57,242 nt of DNA from Minisyncoccota bacterium (GCA_016927565.1 JAFGMK010000019.1:1-57242), one strand, 5' to 3'. Counted from the stretch's first letter, positions 7,716-18,357 are shown. The notes: generated by a model not told the origin, from the letters alone. A program made the numbers and translations.

Positions 7716-9002
7716 ATGCTTGATCCAAAATTTATTCGGGAAAATCCGGCAGAAGTTAAAAGAGCAACCCGGGCGAAAGGTTTAGCGCCGGCAATAGTTG
7801 ATCGATTCTTGAAAGTTGATAATACCCGGCGGCAGTTGATTGACAGGATTGAAAAAATCCGAGCTAAAAAAAATCAACTTAAACAAGACCAGGTTGAAGA
7901 AGGCAAAAAGCTGAAAAACCTTCTCCGCCGTCTTGAACCGGATTTGCGGGCGGTTGAAGAACAGTTTTATCAATTAGCCTACGAAATTCCCAATTTGATT
8001 GCTGAGGATGTCCCGTCGGGAAAGGACGAGACGGAAAACAAAGTAATTAAAAAATGGGGAAAACCGGAAAAGTTTTCTTTTAAAGCCCGTGACCACTTGG
8101 AATTGGGCGACTTTTTGGGGGTGATTGACACCCAGACAGCAGCAAAAGTTTCCGGGAGCCGTTTCGGGTATCTTAAAGGTGACGCCGTTCTTTTAGAGTT
8201 TGCTTTGGTTTCTTATGCCTTGTCAGTTTTGACCGACAAAAAAATGATCAGTTCTCTGGCCGCTAAAATTTCACCGGATTTTCCGGCCAAAGTTTTTGTT
8301 CCGGTTGTTCCGCCGGTAATGATTAGGCCGGAAGTTTATACTCAAATGGCCCGTTTGAGTCCCCGCGATGAGGATGAGCGTTATTACCTGCCGAAGGATG
8401 ATCTTTATTTAGTCGGCAGTGCCGAGCATACTTTGGGGCCGATGCATCTTAATCAGACCATCGCGGCCGAAGCTTTTCCCCTCCGGTATCTTGGTTTCTC
8501 GACCAGTTTCCGGCGGGAGGCCGGCTCATACGGTAAAGATACTCGCGGAATTTTACGGGTGCATCAATTTGACAAGCTGGAAATGGAATCTTTTTCTTTG
8601 CCGGAAAACTCAAGCTTGGAACAATGTTTTTTTGTCAGTATTCAGGAATACTTAATGCAGGCTTTAAAAATCCCCTATCGGGTAGTGGCTATTTGTACCG
8701 GCGATATGGGCGATCCTGATTACCGCCAGCTGGATATCGAAGCCTGGCTGCCGGGCCAGGGAAAATATCGGGAAACACACACCTCTGATCTTATGCTTGA
8801 TTATCAATCCCGCCGTTTGGGAACTAAATTTAAACGAAAAAACGGAGAGAATGGTTTTGTCCATATGAACGATGCCACTGCTTTTGCTGTCGGTCGGACA
8901 ATCATTGCCATTTTAGAAAATTTTCAGCAGAGGGATGGTTCGGTTCTCGTACCTGAGGTATTGCGAAATTATGTCGGAAAAGATAGAATAAAAAGAGGAT
9001 GA
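7716..9002 (+). CDS. serS: seryl-tRNA synthetase
   Basis: N-terminal coiled-coil arm, class II motifs (FRREAGS.GKDTRGI.RVHQF, GRT), 428 aa. Confidence 0.95.
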   Translation: MLDPKFIRENPAEVKRATRAKGLAPAIVDRFLKVDNTRRQLIDRIEKIRAKKNQLKQDQVEEGKKLKNLLRRLEPDLRAVEEQFYQLAYEIPNLIAEDVPSGKDETENKVIKKWGKPEKFSFKARDHLELGDFLGVIDTQTAAKVSGSRFGYLKGDAVLLEFALVSYALSVLTDKKMISSLAAKISPDFPAKVFVPVVPPVMIRPEVYTQMARLSPRDEDERYYLPKDDLYLVGSAEHTLGPMHLNQTIAAEAFPLRYLGFSTSFRREAGSYGKDTRGILRVHQFDKLEMESFSLPENSSLEQCFFVSIQEYLMQALKIPYRVVAICTGDMGDPDYRQLDIEAWLPGQGKYRETHTSDLMLDYQSRRLGTKFKRKNGENGFVHMNDATAFAVGRTIIAILENFQQRDGSVLVPEVLRNYVGKDRIKRG

Positions 9003-9655
9003 ATTTTTCCCTTATTTCAAAGATTGTTCATCACACTGCTTCTTCTATTAGCGGCGAAATAATTGTTAGAGAACAATTTGGCCAGCACTCTCTTCATGTA
9101 GTCGGCGTTCCTCAGTCTGGTGGGATTGTGAAGCAGATTTGGCAAAAAGGAATTAAATCTCTGCCGGATTTTAAACCCGTTCCGGAGGTTTTATTGTTGG
9201 GATTAGGCGGAGGAACGGTTATCCACTTGGTAAAAAAACGCTGGCCGGAAGCGAAGGTTTTTGCCATTGAGCTTGATCCGCAGATAATTGTTGTCAGCCG
9301 GACTTACTTTGATTTGGATAAAGTTTCAGGATTAAAAATTGTCAGAGATGATGCTTTTAAGGCGGTTTTGCAAAAAAAACACGGATTGGCAAAAAAACTA
9401 TTTGATTTGATCTTGGTGGACATTTATTTGGGCCAATCTTTGCCCGGCTTTGTGGAAACAGAAGAATTTATTCAGGCATTAGGCGGCCTTTTGACTAAAA
9501 GAGGGGTTTTGGTTTTTAATCATCTTTTGAACAAGGAGGGGAAAATGGCCATTATTCCTTTCCGTCAGCGGCTGAAAAAGATCTTTCCCGATCTTAAAAT
9601 GGTACAAACTTTCAGCAATGAACTTCTGATTGCCTCCAAAGGACAAACAGGATAG
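8999..9655 (+). CDS. class I SAM-dependent methyltransferase, spermidine-synthase-like
   Basis: LLLGLGGGT glycine-rich loop, IELDP, LILVD motifs. Confidence 0.7.
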   Translation: MNFSLISKIVHHTASSISGEIIVREQFGQHSLHVVGVPQSGGIVKQIWQKGIKSLPDFKPVPEVLLLGLGGGTVIHLVKKRWPEAKVFAIELDPQIIVVSRTYFDLDKVSGLKIVRDDAFKAVLQKKHGLAKKLFDLILVDIYLGQSLPGFVETEEFIQALGGLLTKRGVLVFNHLLNKEGKMAIIPFRQRLKKIFPDLKMVQTFSNELLIASKGQTG

Positions 9656-9671
9656 CCGGTTTAGGAAAACT

Positions 9672-12386
9672 ATGATCAAATTTTTTTCAAAGTTACTCGA
9701 TAGTCAGCGTAAGCAGCTTGATAAAATCAGACCATTAGTGGAGAAAATCAATTCGCTGGAAGAAGAGACGCAGTCTCTCGGGGAACAGGATTTTCCGGCT
9801 CGGACAGCAGCTTTCCGGCAACGTCTGGCTGATGGCGAGATTCTGGATAACCTTTTGCCTGAGGCTTTCGCTCTGGCTCGGGAAGCGATTAAAAGAGTGA
9901 TTGGCGAACGTGCTTATGATGTTCAGCTGATGGCTGCCGTCTGTCTTCATCAGGGCAAAATCGCCGAACAAAAAACCGGTGAAGGTAAAACCCTATCAGC
10001 CGCCATTGCTGCCTATCTTAATGCTCTTCCCGGAAAGGGAGTTCATATTGTTACTGTTAATGACTATTTAGCCCGGCGGGATGCCGGCTGGTACGGCAAA
10101 GCTTTGAGGTTCTTGGGACTTGAGGTGGGCTGTATTATGCATGAGGCGGCTTTTTCCCTGGATGAGGACTATGCAATTCAGGGTCAGGTTGATGAGCGTT
10201 TGCGCCATTTACGGCCGGTTCCCAAAAGGCAGGCTTATGAAGCAGATGTGGTTTATGGAACTAACAACGAGTTTGGTTTCGATTATCTTCGGGACAATAT
10301 GGCCTACCAGAAAGACCAGCTGGTTCAGAGAGGCCAGAATTTTGCCATTGTGGATGAGGTGGATTTTGTCTTGATTGATGAAGCCAGGACTCCTTTAATT
10401 ATTTCAGCTCCTGATGCCGAGCCGACTGAAAAATACTATCAGGCGACTCAGATGATTAAGATTTTGTCAGCCGATACCGACTATTTAATTGATGAGAAGA
10501 TAAAAACTGCCTCCCTGACCGAACATGGTCTGAGGAAGATTGAAAAAAGATTAGGGGTCGATAATCTTTATGAAAAAGATTTTGACACTATTCACCATTT
10601 GGAAAATGCCCTTCGGGCCCGGACTTTATATCTCAAGGATCGGGATTATGTGGTCAAAGATGGTCAGATTGTCATTGTTGATGAGTTTACCGGCCGGTTA
10701 ATGAATGGCCGCCGTTGGTCGGATGGTTTACACCAGGCAGTGGAAGCTAAGGAAGGAGTGAAAATTGAGCAAGAATCAAAAACAATGGCAACAATTTCTT
10801 TTCAGAATTACTTCCGGTTGTATGAAAAGCTGTCAGGAATGACCGGAACGGCGGCTACCGAGGCAGAAGAGTTTGAAAAAATTTATCAACTTTCAACGAT
10901 TGTTGTTCCTACCAATCTGCCTTTGGCCCGGCAGGACCAGGCTGATGTTATTTATAAAACTACCAGAGCCAAGTATGCGGCGGTGGTAGCCGAAATCGAA
11001 GAGAAATTTCAGCAAGGCCAGCCGATACTGGTGGGGACGACCTCAATCGAGAAAAACCAAATTCTGGATAGTTTTTTAGACAAGAAAGGAATTCCTCATC
11101 AGGTTTTAAATGCTAAGAATCATGAGCGGGAGGCCAAGATAATTGCTGATGCCGGCCGGAAAAAAGCGGTGACAGTAGCAACTAACTTAGCCGGTCGGGG
11201 AGTGGATATTGTTTTGGGGGGGGCCAAGCCCGAAAATCCGACTAAGACTGAAATCGCTTTGTGGCAAAAAGACCATGATGAAGTTGTTAGTTTGGGCGGG
11301 TTGCATGTAATCGGGACTGAGCGTCATGAGTCTCGCCGGATTGATAACCAGCTTCGGGGTCGGGCCGGGCGGCAGGGTGATCCCGGGTCTTCCCGTTTCT
11401 ATGTGGCGCTCGACGATGATATCATGCGTCTTTTTGGCGGTGAACGGATTGCCCGGCTGATGACTGTTTTTAAGCTTCCCGAAGACCAGCCTTTGGAGCA
11501 TAAAATGGTTAGCCGGGCGATTGAACAGGCTCAGGTGAGAGTGGAGAGTTTTCATTTTGACGCCCGGAAAAGAGTAGTGGAATACGATGACGTTATGAAT
11601 CGCCAGAGAGAGGTGATTTACGGCCGTCGCCATCAGCTTCTTGAAGGAGTGGTTTTAAAAGATGGCTTGTTTGAGGCAATGGAGAAAGAAGTTGAAAATT
11701 TAGTGGAGATGTATGCTCCGGAGGGGTTTGCCAAAGCTGAAATTGACCAAATAGTTAATAGCTTTTGTGAGATTTTGCCTTTGGAGAGCGAGTCTCAAAA
11801 AAAGCTCAAAAAAGCTTTGGCTCAAAAAAGTCCGGCTGAAATCAAAAACCTGCTGGAGCAAACTCTGACTTCGGCCTACCGGGCGCGGGAAAAGCAATTG
11901 GGCGAAGAAAATCTTCGTCAGGTTGAAAGAATGCTTTCTTTGATGGTAATTGACCGGCTCTGGGTTGACCATCTTGACAGTATGGACGATTTAAGAGAAG
12001 GGATTGGTCTGAGGGGCTATGGCCAGCTTGATCCTTTGGTCGAATATAAAAAAGAAGCCTTCGGTGCTTTTGAGGCCTTGTTGAAAACGATTGATACTAA
12101 TGTGATTAAAAGAATTTTCCGGGTTCAGGTGGGAACGCCGCCCCAGTTCCGTTCCCGCCAAAACATGGTTGAGAGTCGAGGTCAAATGCCGGAAATACAA
12201 ACTCAAACCAGTTCTTCAGCTCAGACGTCAAATGCCGGCTTGTCTTTTAGCCAGTCCTCGGTAACCGGTTCCGCGGTTGAGCCGGTAGTTTCCGGCCGGA
12301 AAAAAATCGGCCGCAACGAACCCTGCTGGTGCGGCAGCGGGAAAAAGTACAAGAAGTGCCACTATCCCCAACCCTCACCTAATTAG
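9672..12386 (+). CDS. secA: preprotein translocase ATPase SecA
   Basis: MIKFFSKLL.. start typical of SecA, Walker A TGEGKT, DEVD box, C-terminal zinc motif CWCGSGKKYKKCH. Confidence 0.95.
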   Translation: MIKFFSKLLDSQRKQLDKIRPLVEKINSLEEETQSLGEQDFPARTAAFRQRLADGEILDNLLPEAFALAREAIKRVIGERAYDVQLMAAVCLHQGKIAEQKTGEGKTLSAAIAAYLNALPGKGVHIVTVNDYLARRDAGWYGKALRFLGLEVGCIMHEAAFSLDEDYAIQGQVDERLRHLRPVPKRQAYEADVVYGTNNEFGFDYLRDNMAYQKDQLVQRGQNFAIVDEVDFVLIDEARTPLIISAPDAEPTEKYYQATQMIKILSADTDYLIDEKIKTASLTEHGLRKIEKRLGVDNLYEKDFDTIHHLENALRARTLYLKDRDYVVKDGQIVIVDEFTGRLMNGRRWSDGLHQAVEAKEGVKIEQESKTMATISFQNYFRLYEKLSGMTGTAATEAEEFEKIYQLSTIVVPTNLPLARQDQADVIYKTTRAKYAAVVAEIEEKFQQGQPILVGTTSIEKNQILDSFLDKKGIPHQVLNAKNHEREAKIIADAGRKKAVTVATNLAGRGVDIVLGGAKPENPTKTEIALWQKDHDEVVSLGGLHVIGTERHESRRIDNQLRGRAGRQGDPGSSRFYVALDDDIMRLFGGERIARLMTVFKLPEDQPLEHKMVSRAIEQAQVRVESFHFDARKRVVEYDDVMNRQREVIYGRRHQLLEGVVLKDGLFEAMEKEVENLVEMYAPEGFAKAEIDQIVNSFCEILPLESESQKKLKKALAQKSPAEIKNLLEQTLTSAYRAREKQLGEENLRQVERMLSLMVIDRLWVDHLDSMDDLREGIGLRGYGQLDPLVEYKKEAFGAFEALLKTIDTNVIKRIFRVQVGTPPQFRSRQNMVESRGQMPEIQTQTSSSAQTSNAGLSFSQSSVTGSAVEPVVSGRKKIGRNEPCWCGSGKKYKKCHYPQPSPN

Positions 12387-12431
12387 AAAAAGAAACTAAA
12401 ATGGAGTTTAAAGAAGATAGTTTAAAACCGG

Positions 12432-13137
12432 TTGACAGTTTCAGCCAGGCCCGGCAAGTTAATCCTGATAAAGTTGACTGATGCGATGGTGCGGAAAGAG
12501 CTCCTTAAGTTCAAAATGTCGGTAGTGTCTTTCCTCGTTTTTGCCGAGTATTTTGGACAGGGCATGCGAGGGCTGGCTAAGCCAACAACTTCCTGGAAAG
12601 AAGTTTTTAAACATGATGATTACGCCGATGCTTTTTTTGGGGGACTAGGGAAGATCTGCGCTGAACAAAAAAAAGGATGTGATCGTCGTTAATCCGCAAA
12701 CGGTTCCGCCCGAATTGCTCGATATCTGCCTGCTTTTTGGTGTTTCTCTGATGGGAATATACGACCGTTTAAGCGAAAGCGGACAAACCAGAAGATTGAG
12801 AGATGTCTTAATTGAAAGAGGAATTCTTTCGGGTAATTTGACTGATGGGGAAAAAACTAATCTTTTGGGCCGGCATCTGCTCAATTGGTGTAATGTTTGT
12901 ACTGCTTGGGGAGTTTACTCGGCCATAAAGGATTGCGGTAACGAAATTAAGCCGCCTTAATGTTTCAGAGTGATTATCCACGGCGGGCTGATTGAGTATA
13001 TTAGGAGGCCGGTGATTAGAGAGATTAAAGCTGCTTTTTATGCCCGCGATAATTTTATGGGTGACGCCTCCGCCCGTTGCTGGCATTATGATCAGGCAGC
13101 CAATCACCGGGATTTAATTGAAAAGCAAAAGTACTGA
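12432..13137 (+). pseudogene. possible disrupted gene of unknown function (one frameshift at an A8 run, one in-frame TAA)
   Basis: The plus-strand ORFs 12432-12692 and 12649-12960 abut at an A8 homopolymer (12667-12674). The frame of the second ORF continues open after a single TAA (12958-12960) to a TGA at 13135-13137. Confidence 0.3.
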
Positions 13138-13204
13138 TTTTAATGATTTCTTCAGCTCTTTTTTTGATATCATGATATGAATCATAGTATCAGGATTTTT
13201 CTGC

Positions 13205-13233
13205 TTGTTCTTTTAACTTAGCTTCTTTATAAT
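13205..13233 (+). promoter_or_regulatory. sigma70-like promoter
   Basis: TTGTTC, 17 nt, TATAAT. Confidence 0.45.
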
Positions 13234-13277
13234 ACAGCCATTCCCTTTTCCGAGGCGGATTTTTTTGTTTTTTTAAG

Positions 13278-15020
13278 ATGATTAAACTTTTCCGGCGCTA
13301 CTACCAGTTCATCACGAAATATAAAAGAAAATTTATTATTTTCAATCTGGTCGTAGTGGTAACGGCGGTTTTGGAAACTCTCAATCCTTATTTTTATAAG
13401 CTTTTAATTGACAATCTTTCGAGTCGGGATTACTGGTTGTTGGTTAAAATAATTATTCTGTTTGTCGGAGTGAAAATTTTGGCGAATTTGTCTCATGCCA
13501 TGAATTATTGGCTGGGAGATAAGATTTTAATTCCCGCCGCCCGGGATGTCCGCTTGGCCGTTTTCCGCCGCATTCAGGAGCTTGACTTTGCTTATCATGT
13601 CAACAAAAATACCGGTTCTCTGATCAGTGCCTTTAAAAGAGGTGACGGGGCCTTTTTTGATATTTTTCACAGTATCAATCATGAGCTGGCGCGGTTGCTG
13701 ATTAGTTTGTTAGTAGCCCTTTATTTTTTCGTCCGCGTTACTCCCTCCATTGCCTTCATCTTGTTGGGATTTTTTATCGCCAATATTTTTATCAGCTGGA
13801 GATTGATTAAACACAACATGCGGATCCGGCGGGAATTTAACCGGTCTGAGGATGCGGTTTCGGGGATCATTACCGATAATCTCTTGAATTATGAAACCGT
13901 TAAATTTTTTGCTCAGGAGAAAAAAGAAGAGGCTCGTTTGCAGAAGCAGTTTGAAGACTGGTTTGAAAAGCTTTGGGCTTTTGCCAATTCATTCCGGTTA
14001 ATGGATGTGATGGTAGGAAGTTTGGCCAACATCGGTATGCTGGTGATTCTCTGGGTGACTTTGAAGAAAATGGTTAGCCAGGAAATCAGTTCCGGCGATT
14101 TTATTTTGGTAGCGAGCTTCATGACTGGTTTTTACTATCGTTTTTTTGATCTTTTATATCGGATGAGGCATGTTGCCAGACATTATGTCGATATCAAAAA
14201 ATATCTGGAAATTTTAGAACAGCCGATTCTGGTTAAAGACCCCGAAAAGCCGGTAGATCTTTTAAAGGTTAAAGGAGAAATTGAGTTTCAGGATGTCGAT
14301 TTTGCTTATCCGGACTCTAAGAGAAAAATGATTTTAAAGGATATTAACTTAAAAATTAAACCGGGCGAATCAGTGGCCTTTGTCGGCCGGTCCGGGGCCG
14401 GCAAAACAACCCTAGTTAAAATCCTTTTGCGTTTTTATGATCTGAATCAAGGCCGGATTCTTCTAGACGGAGTGGATATTGCCGATTTTGCTAAAAGCCG
14501 ATTACGCTTGTTTATCGGAGTAGTGCCGCAAGAGCCGGTTCTTTTTAACAATACCGTTGGTTTTAACATCAGTTATGGCAATGATCAGGTTTCTCAGGCA
14601 GAAATCGTTAAGGCTGCCAAAACCGCCAATCTTGATCGTTTTATAGATGGCCTGCCAAAAAAATACGAAACCGAAGTAGGCGAGCGGGGAATTAAACTTT
14701 CAGGCGGTCAAAAACAACGCTTGGCGATTGCCCGGATGATTTTGGCGGATCCTCAGATTATTGTTTTTGATGAGGCGACGAGCAATTTGGACTCGGAATC
14801 TGAGCGTTTAATTCAGGAGGCTCTTTGGAAGATTGCTCGGGGACGGACAGTTCTGATAATTGCCCATCGCTTTTCAACTGTCAGAAAAGCCGATCGGATT
14901 ATCGTCATGAATCATGGCCGGATTGCCGAGGAAGGTTCTCACCAGAATCTGATCAAACGCCAGAAGGGCCTCTATCAATATCTCTGGCAGCTTCAAACTA
15001 AGGGTGAGTTAGACGAATGA
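13278..15020 (+). CDS. ABC exporter, fused permease/ATPase (MsbA-like)
   Basis: Six-TM N-terminal half. Walker A GRSGAGKTT, signature LSGGQKQR, Walker B IIVFDEATS. Confidence 0.9.
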   Translation: MIKLFRRYYQFITKYKRKFIIFNLVVVVTAVLETLNPYFYKLLIDNLSSRDYWLLVKIIILFVGVKILANLSHAMNYWLGDKILIPAARDVRLAVFRRIQELDFAYHVNKNTGSLISAFKRGDGAFFDIFHSINHELARLLISLLVALYFFVRVTPSIAFILLGFFIANIFISWRLIKHNMRIRREFNRSEDAVSGIITDNLLNYETVKFFAQEKKEEARLQKQFEDWFEKLWAFANSFRLMDVMVGSLANIGMLVILWVTLKKMVSQEISSGDFILVASFMTGFYYRFFDLLYRMRHVARHYVDIKKYLEILEQPILVKDPEKPVDLLKVKGEIEFQDVDFAYPDSKRKMILKDINLKIKPGESVAFVGRSGAGKTTLVKILLRFYDLNQGRILLDGVDIADFAKSRLRLFIGVVPQEPVLFNNTVGFNISYGNDQVSQAEIVKAAKTANLDRFIDGLPKKYETEVGERGIKLSGGQKQRLAIARMILADPQIIVFDEATSNLDSESERLIQEALWKIARGRTVLIIAHRFSTVRKADRIIVMNHGRIAEEGSHQNLIKRQKGLYQYLWQLQTKGELDE

Positions 15021-15736
15021 ACCGGGATTGTTGCGATCAAACCGCTAAAGATAAAATGAATGACTTTAATCAAAAACTAACCGGTTTTTTTAAAAAATTT
15101 CCTCAACAGAATTTTTCCCGGGGAGAAGTTCTGCTCCGAGCTGAAGACGAACCCCCGGGGGTCTTTTTTCTCCGAAAAGGTTATGTCCGATTTTATTCCA
15201 TTAATGAGGATGGTAAGGAGTTGACTTTAAATATCTTTAAACCCGGCTCCTGTTTTCCTCTTAACTGGGCCGTTGCAGATCAGCCTAATTATTACTTTTT
15301 TGAAGCGATGACCGAGGCCGAAATTATCCGGGCTCCAAAAGGCAGTTTCTTGAAGTTTTTAAAGAACGAACCCGGGATTCTTTATGAATATTTCCGGCGA
15401 ATTTTAGTCGGTCTTTCTGATTTTCTCATCCGGAGCCAATTTCTGTTGCTGGCTGACGCCCGGAAAAAAGTCACAGCGACGATTCTTTTGCTCGCGCGCC
15501 GTTTTAATCAGTCAGAAAAAGATACTTCGGTGAAAATCAGCCTGCGTTTGACTCATCAGGAAATTGCCAATCTGGCCGGGCTAACCCGGGAAACGACCAG
15601 CTTGCAGTTGGAGGCTTTGAAAAAAGAAGGCTTGATTTTTTACCGGCATCAACAGTTAAAGATTCCGGATCTTGACCGGCTTAAAGAAACGGCCTTGATT
15701 TATCAGGATGAAAAGTTATTGCCGTATGCATTTTAA
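15017..15736 (+). CDS. Crp/Fnr-family transcriptional regulator
   Basis: cNMP-binding-like beta-roll (GEVLLRAEDEP..FFLRKGYV) and C-terminal HTH (THQEIANLAGLTRETTS). Confidence 0.85.
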   Translation: MNRDCCDQTAKDKMNDFNQKLTGFFKKFPQQNFSRGEVLLRAEDEPPGVFFLRKGYVRFYSINEDGKELTLNIFKPGSCFPLNWAVADQPNYYFFEAMTEAEIIRAPKGSFLKFLKNEPGILYEYFRRILVGLSDFLIRSQFLLLADARKKVTATILLLARRFNQSEKDTSVKISLRLTHQEIANLAGLTRETTSLQLEALKKEGLIFYRHQQLKIPDLDRLKETALIYQDEKLLPYAF

Positions 15737-15859
15737 GAAAAGAATAACGATTCCGGACCGGATAATTCACTTTTTTGAAAAAACTCCTGCTTGCAAAGTT
15801 TTTCTTTTTTGCTCTACAATGTTTTTAAGTGAATTATGAAAGAGAGGGGGTGAGTGAGA

Positions 15860-16258
15860 ATGCAGAGTAGTTTAAATATTTTCGTTGAGGCAATCCGTCA
15901 ATTAATCTATCAAATGGCGGAGATTTTCCCGAAGGTTGTTATCGCTTTGATTATTTGGTGGGTTGGCAATCGATTTTTGATGATCGGTCTGGATCTTTTG
16001 AAAAAGGTGAACATCAAAGGAACCAAACTTGATGAACAGATTATTGGTGTTTTTTCAAAGATAACTCTCCCCTTGGGGAAATTTATCCTGGTTTTGATTG
16101 TTCTGGACTATCTGGGAATTGGCAGAACAGTTATCAGCGCCTTTATGAACGGCCTGACTTTGGCTGTTTCTATCGCTCTCGGCTTGGCTTTCGGTAAAGC
16201 CTTGGAGAAGGATGCGGGCGAAATTGTCTCAGAAGTTAGAAAACAATTGAAAAAATAG
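15860..16258 (+). CDS. small membrane protein
   Basis: Three or four predicted TM helices; purine-rich RBS. Start 15854 (GTG) or 15860 (ATG). Confidence 0.55.
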   Translation: MQSSLNIFVEAIRQLIYQMAEIFPKVVIALIIWWVGNRFLMIGLDLLKKVNIKGTKLDEQIIGVFSKITLPLGKFILVLIVLDYLGIGRTVISAFMNGLTLAVSIALGLAFGKALEKDAGEIVSEVRKQLKK

Positions 16259-16317
16259 GTTTTTTCTTGTTCTTTGACTGGAGAGGAAAACCTGGTTTTC
16301 TGGTTGGAGTTGTTAAT

Positions 16318-17289
16318 ATGGCTAAAATAGAATTGAGTCGCTGGCCAGGGAATCCCTTGTTAAATCCGAAGGGCAATAAACATTGCTGGTGGGAAAAGGG
16401 ATCAGTTTTTAATCCCGGGGCGGTGGCAGACGGGGATAAAATTTATCTGCTTTACCGGGCGATGGGAAGCTTGCATTATTCTCATTTCGGCCTGGCAGTT
16501 TTGAGCGAGCCGACGAAAGTAAAAAAAAGGTTGCCGTTGCCAATTTTAGAGCCTGAACCGGGGAATGACCTGGAAAGATTCGGGATAGAAGATCCCCGAG
16601 TTGTTTCGCTTGAGGGCCGTTTTTATATTGTTTATAACGCGGCTTCGGTTTACTCCTGCCTGAGAGAAAAACCGGGAAAGTTAGGCCGGATGATTACTCC
16701 CTGGAAATTACGCTGTTCATTGATCTCAACATCGGATTTTAAAAATTTTAAACGTCATGGAGTAATTCTGCCGGGAATAGACAGTAAAAACGGAACTCTT
16801 TTTCCGGAAAAGATTCAGGGTCATTACGCATTAATGCACCGTTGTTTTCCTCATATCTGGCTGAGCTTTTCCCCTAAAGTTGATTCCTTTACCAAGGGAG
16901 TGATCCTGGCCCGGACGAGAGAGGGCTGGTGGGACAGCGAAAGGATCGGAGCCGGAGCGCCGCCAATTAAAACTCCCCTCGGGTGGCTGGAGTATTATCA
17001 CGGGGTCAGTCGCAATAGTCGCGGCCGGTTTGTTTACCATGTCGGGATTTTACTCCTGGACTTGAAAAACCCTAAAAAAATTCTCTATCGGAGTTCGGAG
17101 CCGGTTCTCTCGCCTAAGGAAGATTGGGAAAAGAGAGGTTATGTTAACAATGTTGTTTTTGTTTGCGGGGCAGTTGAGTGGGGAGACCGGTACTGGGTTT
17201 ATTATGGAGCGGCTGATTCCCGGGTGGGGGTTGCTTCAATTGAAAAGAGTAAACTTCTTAAGGCTTTGGCAAAAGAATTGGAACAATGA
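16318..17289 (+). CDS. GH130-family glycoside phosphorylase/glycosidase
   Basis: NPGAV..GDKIYLLYRA, GIEDPRV, YYGAADS motifs typical of GH130 (PH1107-related). Confidence 0.8.
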   Translation: MAKIELSRWPGNPLLNPKGNKHCWWEKGSVFNPGAVADGDKIYLLYRAMGSLHYSHFGLAVLSEPTKVKKRLPLPILEPEPGNDLERFGIEDPRVVSLEGRFYIVYNAASVYSCLREKPGKLGRMITPWKLRCSLISTSDFKNFKRHGVILPGIDSKNGTLFPEKIQGHYALMHRCFPHIWLSFSPKVDSFTKGVILARTREGWWDSERIGAGAPPIKTPLGWLEYYHGVSRNSRGRFVYHVGILLLDLKNPKKILYRSSEPVLSPKEDWEKRGYVNNVVFVCGAVEWGDRYWVYYGAADSRVGVASIEKSKLLKALAKELEQ

Positions 17290-17942
17290 TCCCGCTTAAG
17301 GATCATAATCCTTCTGGCCGGATCCCGGTGGTGACCTATGCCTTAATCGGGATTAATCTTTTGATTTTTTTTATGATGCTGGGATTGAATGAGGCGGCTT
17401 TGACAAAGACGCTTTTTGATTTTGCTCTGATCCCCAGTCTGATTTTTTCCGGCGGAGGATTTTATCGTTTTTTAACCTCCATGTTTCTCCATGCCGGTTT
17501 TTTTCATCTTTTGACTAATCTGCTTTTTTTACACATTTTTGGTGATAATCTGGAGGATTTTTTGGGTAGCTTCGCCTTTTTGATTTTTTATTTTTTTTGC
17601 GGTTTCGGAGCTTCGGGCCTGCAGATAATGGCTAATCCGGTTTCCGACATTCCTATTTTGGGCGCCTCCGGGGCAATTGCCGGCGTGATGGGAGGCTATT
17701 TGGTTTTGTTTCCCCGCTACCGGGTTGATGTTCTGGTGCCTTTGGGTTGGGTTTTTCGCCGGGCAACTGTTCCGGCCTTTGTGATGCTTATTTACTGGTT
17801 TATCCTCCAGCTTTTTTCCACTATCGGCAGTTTAGCTACTTTGGGTTATGAAACCGGTGGCGTGGCCTATTTTGCCCATATCGGCGGTTTTGCCTGCGGT
17901 TGGCTGGGAATGAGGCTGGCAAAACGATTCAAACGAGTCTGA
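17286..17942 (+). CDS. rhomboid-family intramembrane serine protease
   Basis: HAGFFHLLTN and GASGAIAGVMG (GxSG) motifs, six TM helices. Confidence 0.85.
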   Translation: MIPLKDHNPSGRIPVVTYALIGINLLIFFMMLGLNEAALTKTLFDFALIPSLIFSGGGFYRFLTSMFLHAGFFHLLTNLLFLHIFGDNLEDFLGSFAFLIFYFFCGFGASGLQIMANPVSDIPILGASGAIAGVMGGYLVLFPRYRVDVLVPLGWVFRRATVPAFVMLIYWFILQLFSTIGSLATLGYETGGVAYFAHIGGFACGWLGMRLAKRFKRV

Positions 17943-17958
17943 TTTTGAAAGGTTTACA

Positions 17959-17976
17959 GCTTAAATAATTTAAGCC
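17959..17976. terminator. hairpin between convergent genes
   Basis: GCTTAAAT-AA-TTTAAGC palindrome between the 17942 and 17995 gene ends. Confidence 0.35.
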
Positions 17977-17994
17977 GTTTAGTTTGTTCCGGAG

Positions 17995-18357
17995 TCAGTG
18001 CTTTTTTTTGTCGGTAATTTTTTCCCAAAACATTTTTGTTCCCAACTTTAACAAGGGGAGGGTTTCGAAGGCGATTCTTCTGGCGCCGTCAACTGCCAGA
18101 GCCAGCCCAGTGCCGAGACCGATGACGCCAAAAGCTTCCAGGTATCCGGGGAGAGGATTATCCAGAATAACTCTTAGATGCGGTTCGGCTGAAGGCGGCA
18201 ATAGAGGGGAATTGCTCAGAACGGCTGTGATTGCCGCGCTGATTGCCAAACCCGCAAGATATTCTTTTCCGGGGGGAAGACTCTCTCTGATTTGGTCAAC
18301 GGATCTGGCAAATAAGCCTTGAGTACTTCCTGGTTCTCCCTGATCTCCTTCTGTCAT
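17995..18357 (-). CDS. hypothetical protein
   Basis: Minus-strand ORF with more protein-like composition than the overlapping plus-strand ORF (17984-18322). No clear RBS. Confidence 0.4.
   Translation of the reverse strand: MTEGDQGEPGSTQGLFARSVDQIRESLPPGKEYLAGLAISAAITAVLSNSPLLPPSAEPHLRVILDNPLPGYLEAFGVIGLGTGLALAVDGARRIAFETLPLLKLGTKMFWEKITDKKKH

Noticed and set aside
12645-13107. Minus-strand ORFs (12645-12884, 12808-13107) in the secA-ABC gap
   Set aside because: The plus-strand reading reconstitutes one long frame with only two lesions. The minus-strand ORFs have poorer composition and different frames. This remains unresolved without a homology search.
17984-18322. Plus-strand 112-aa ORF
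   Set aside because: It is Arg/Ser/Pro-rich and overlaps a more protein-like minus-strand ORF. Neither ORF has strong support.
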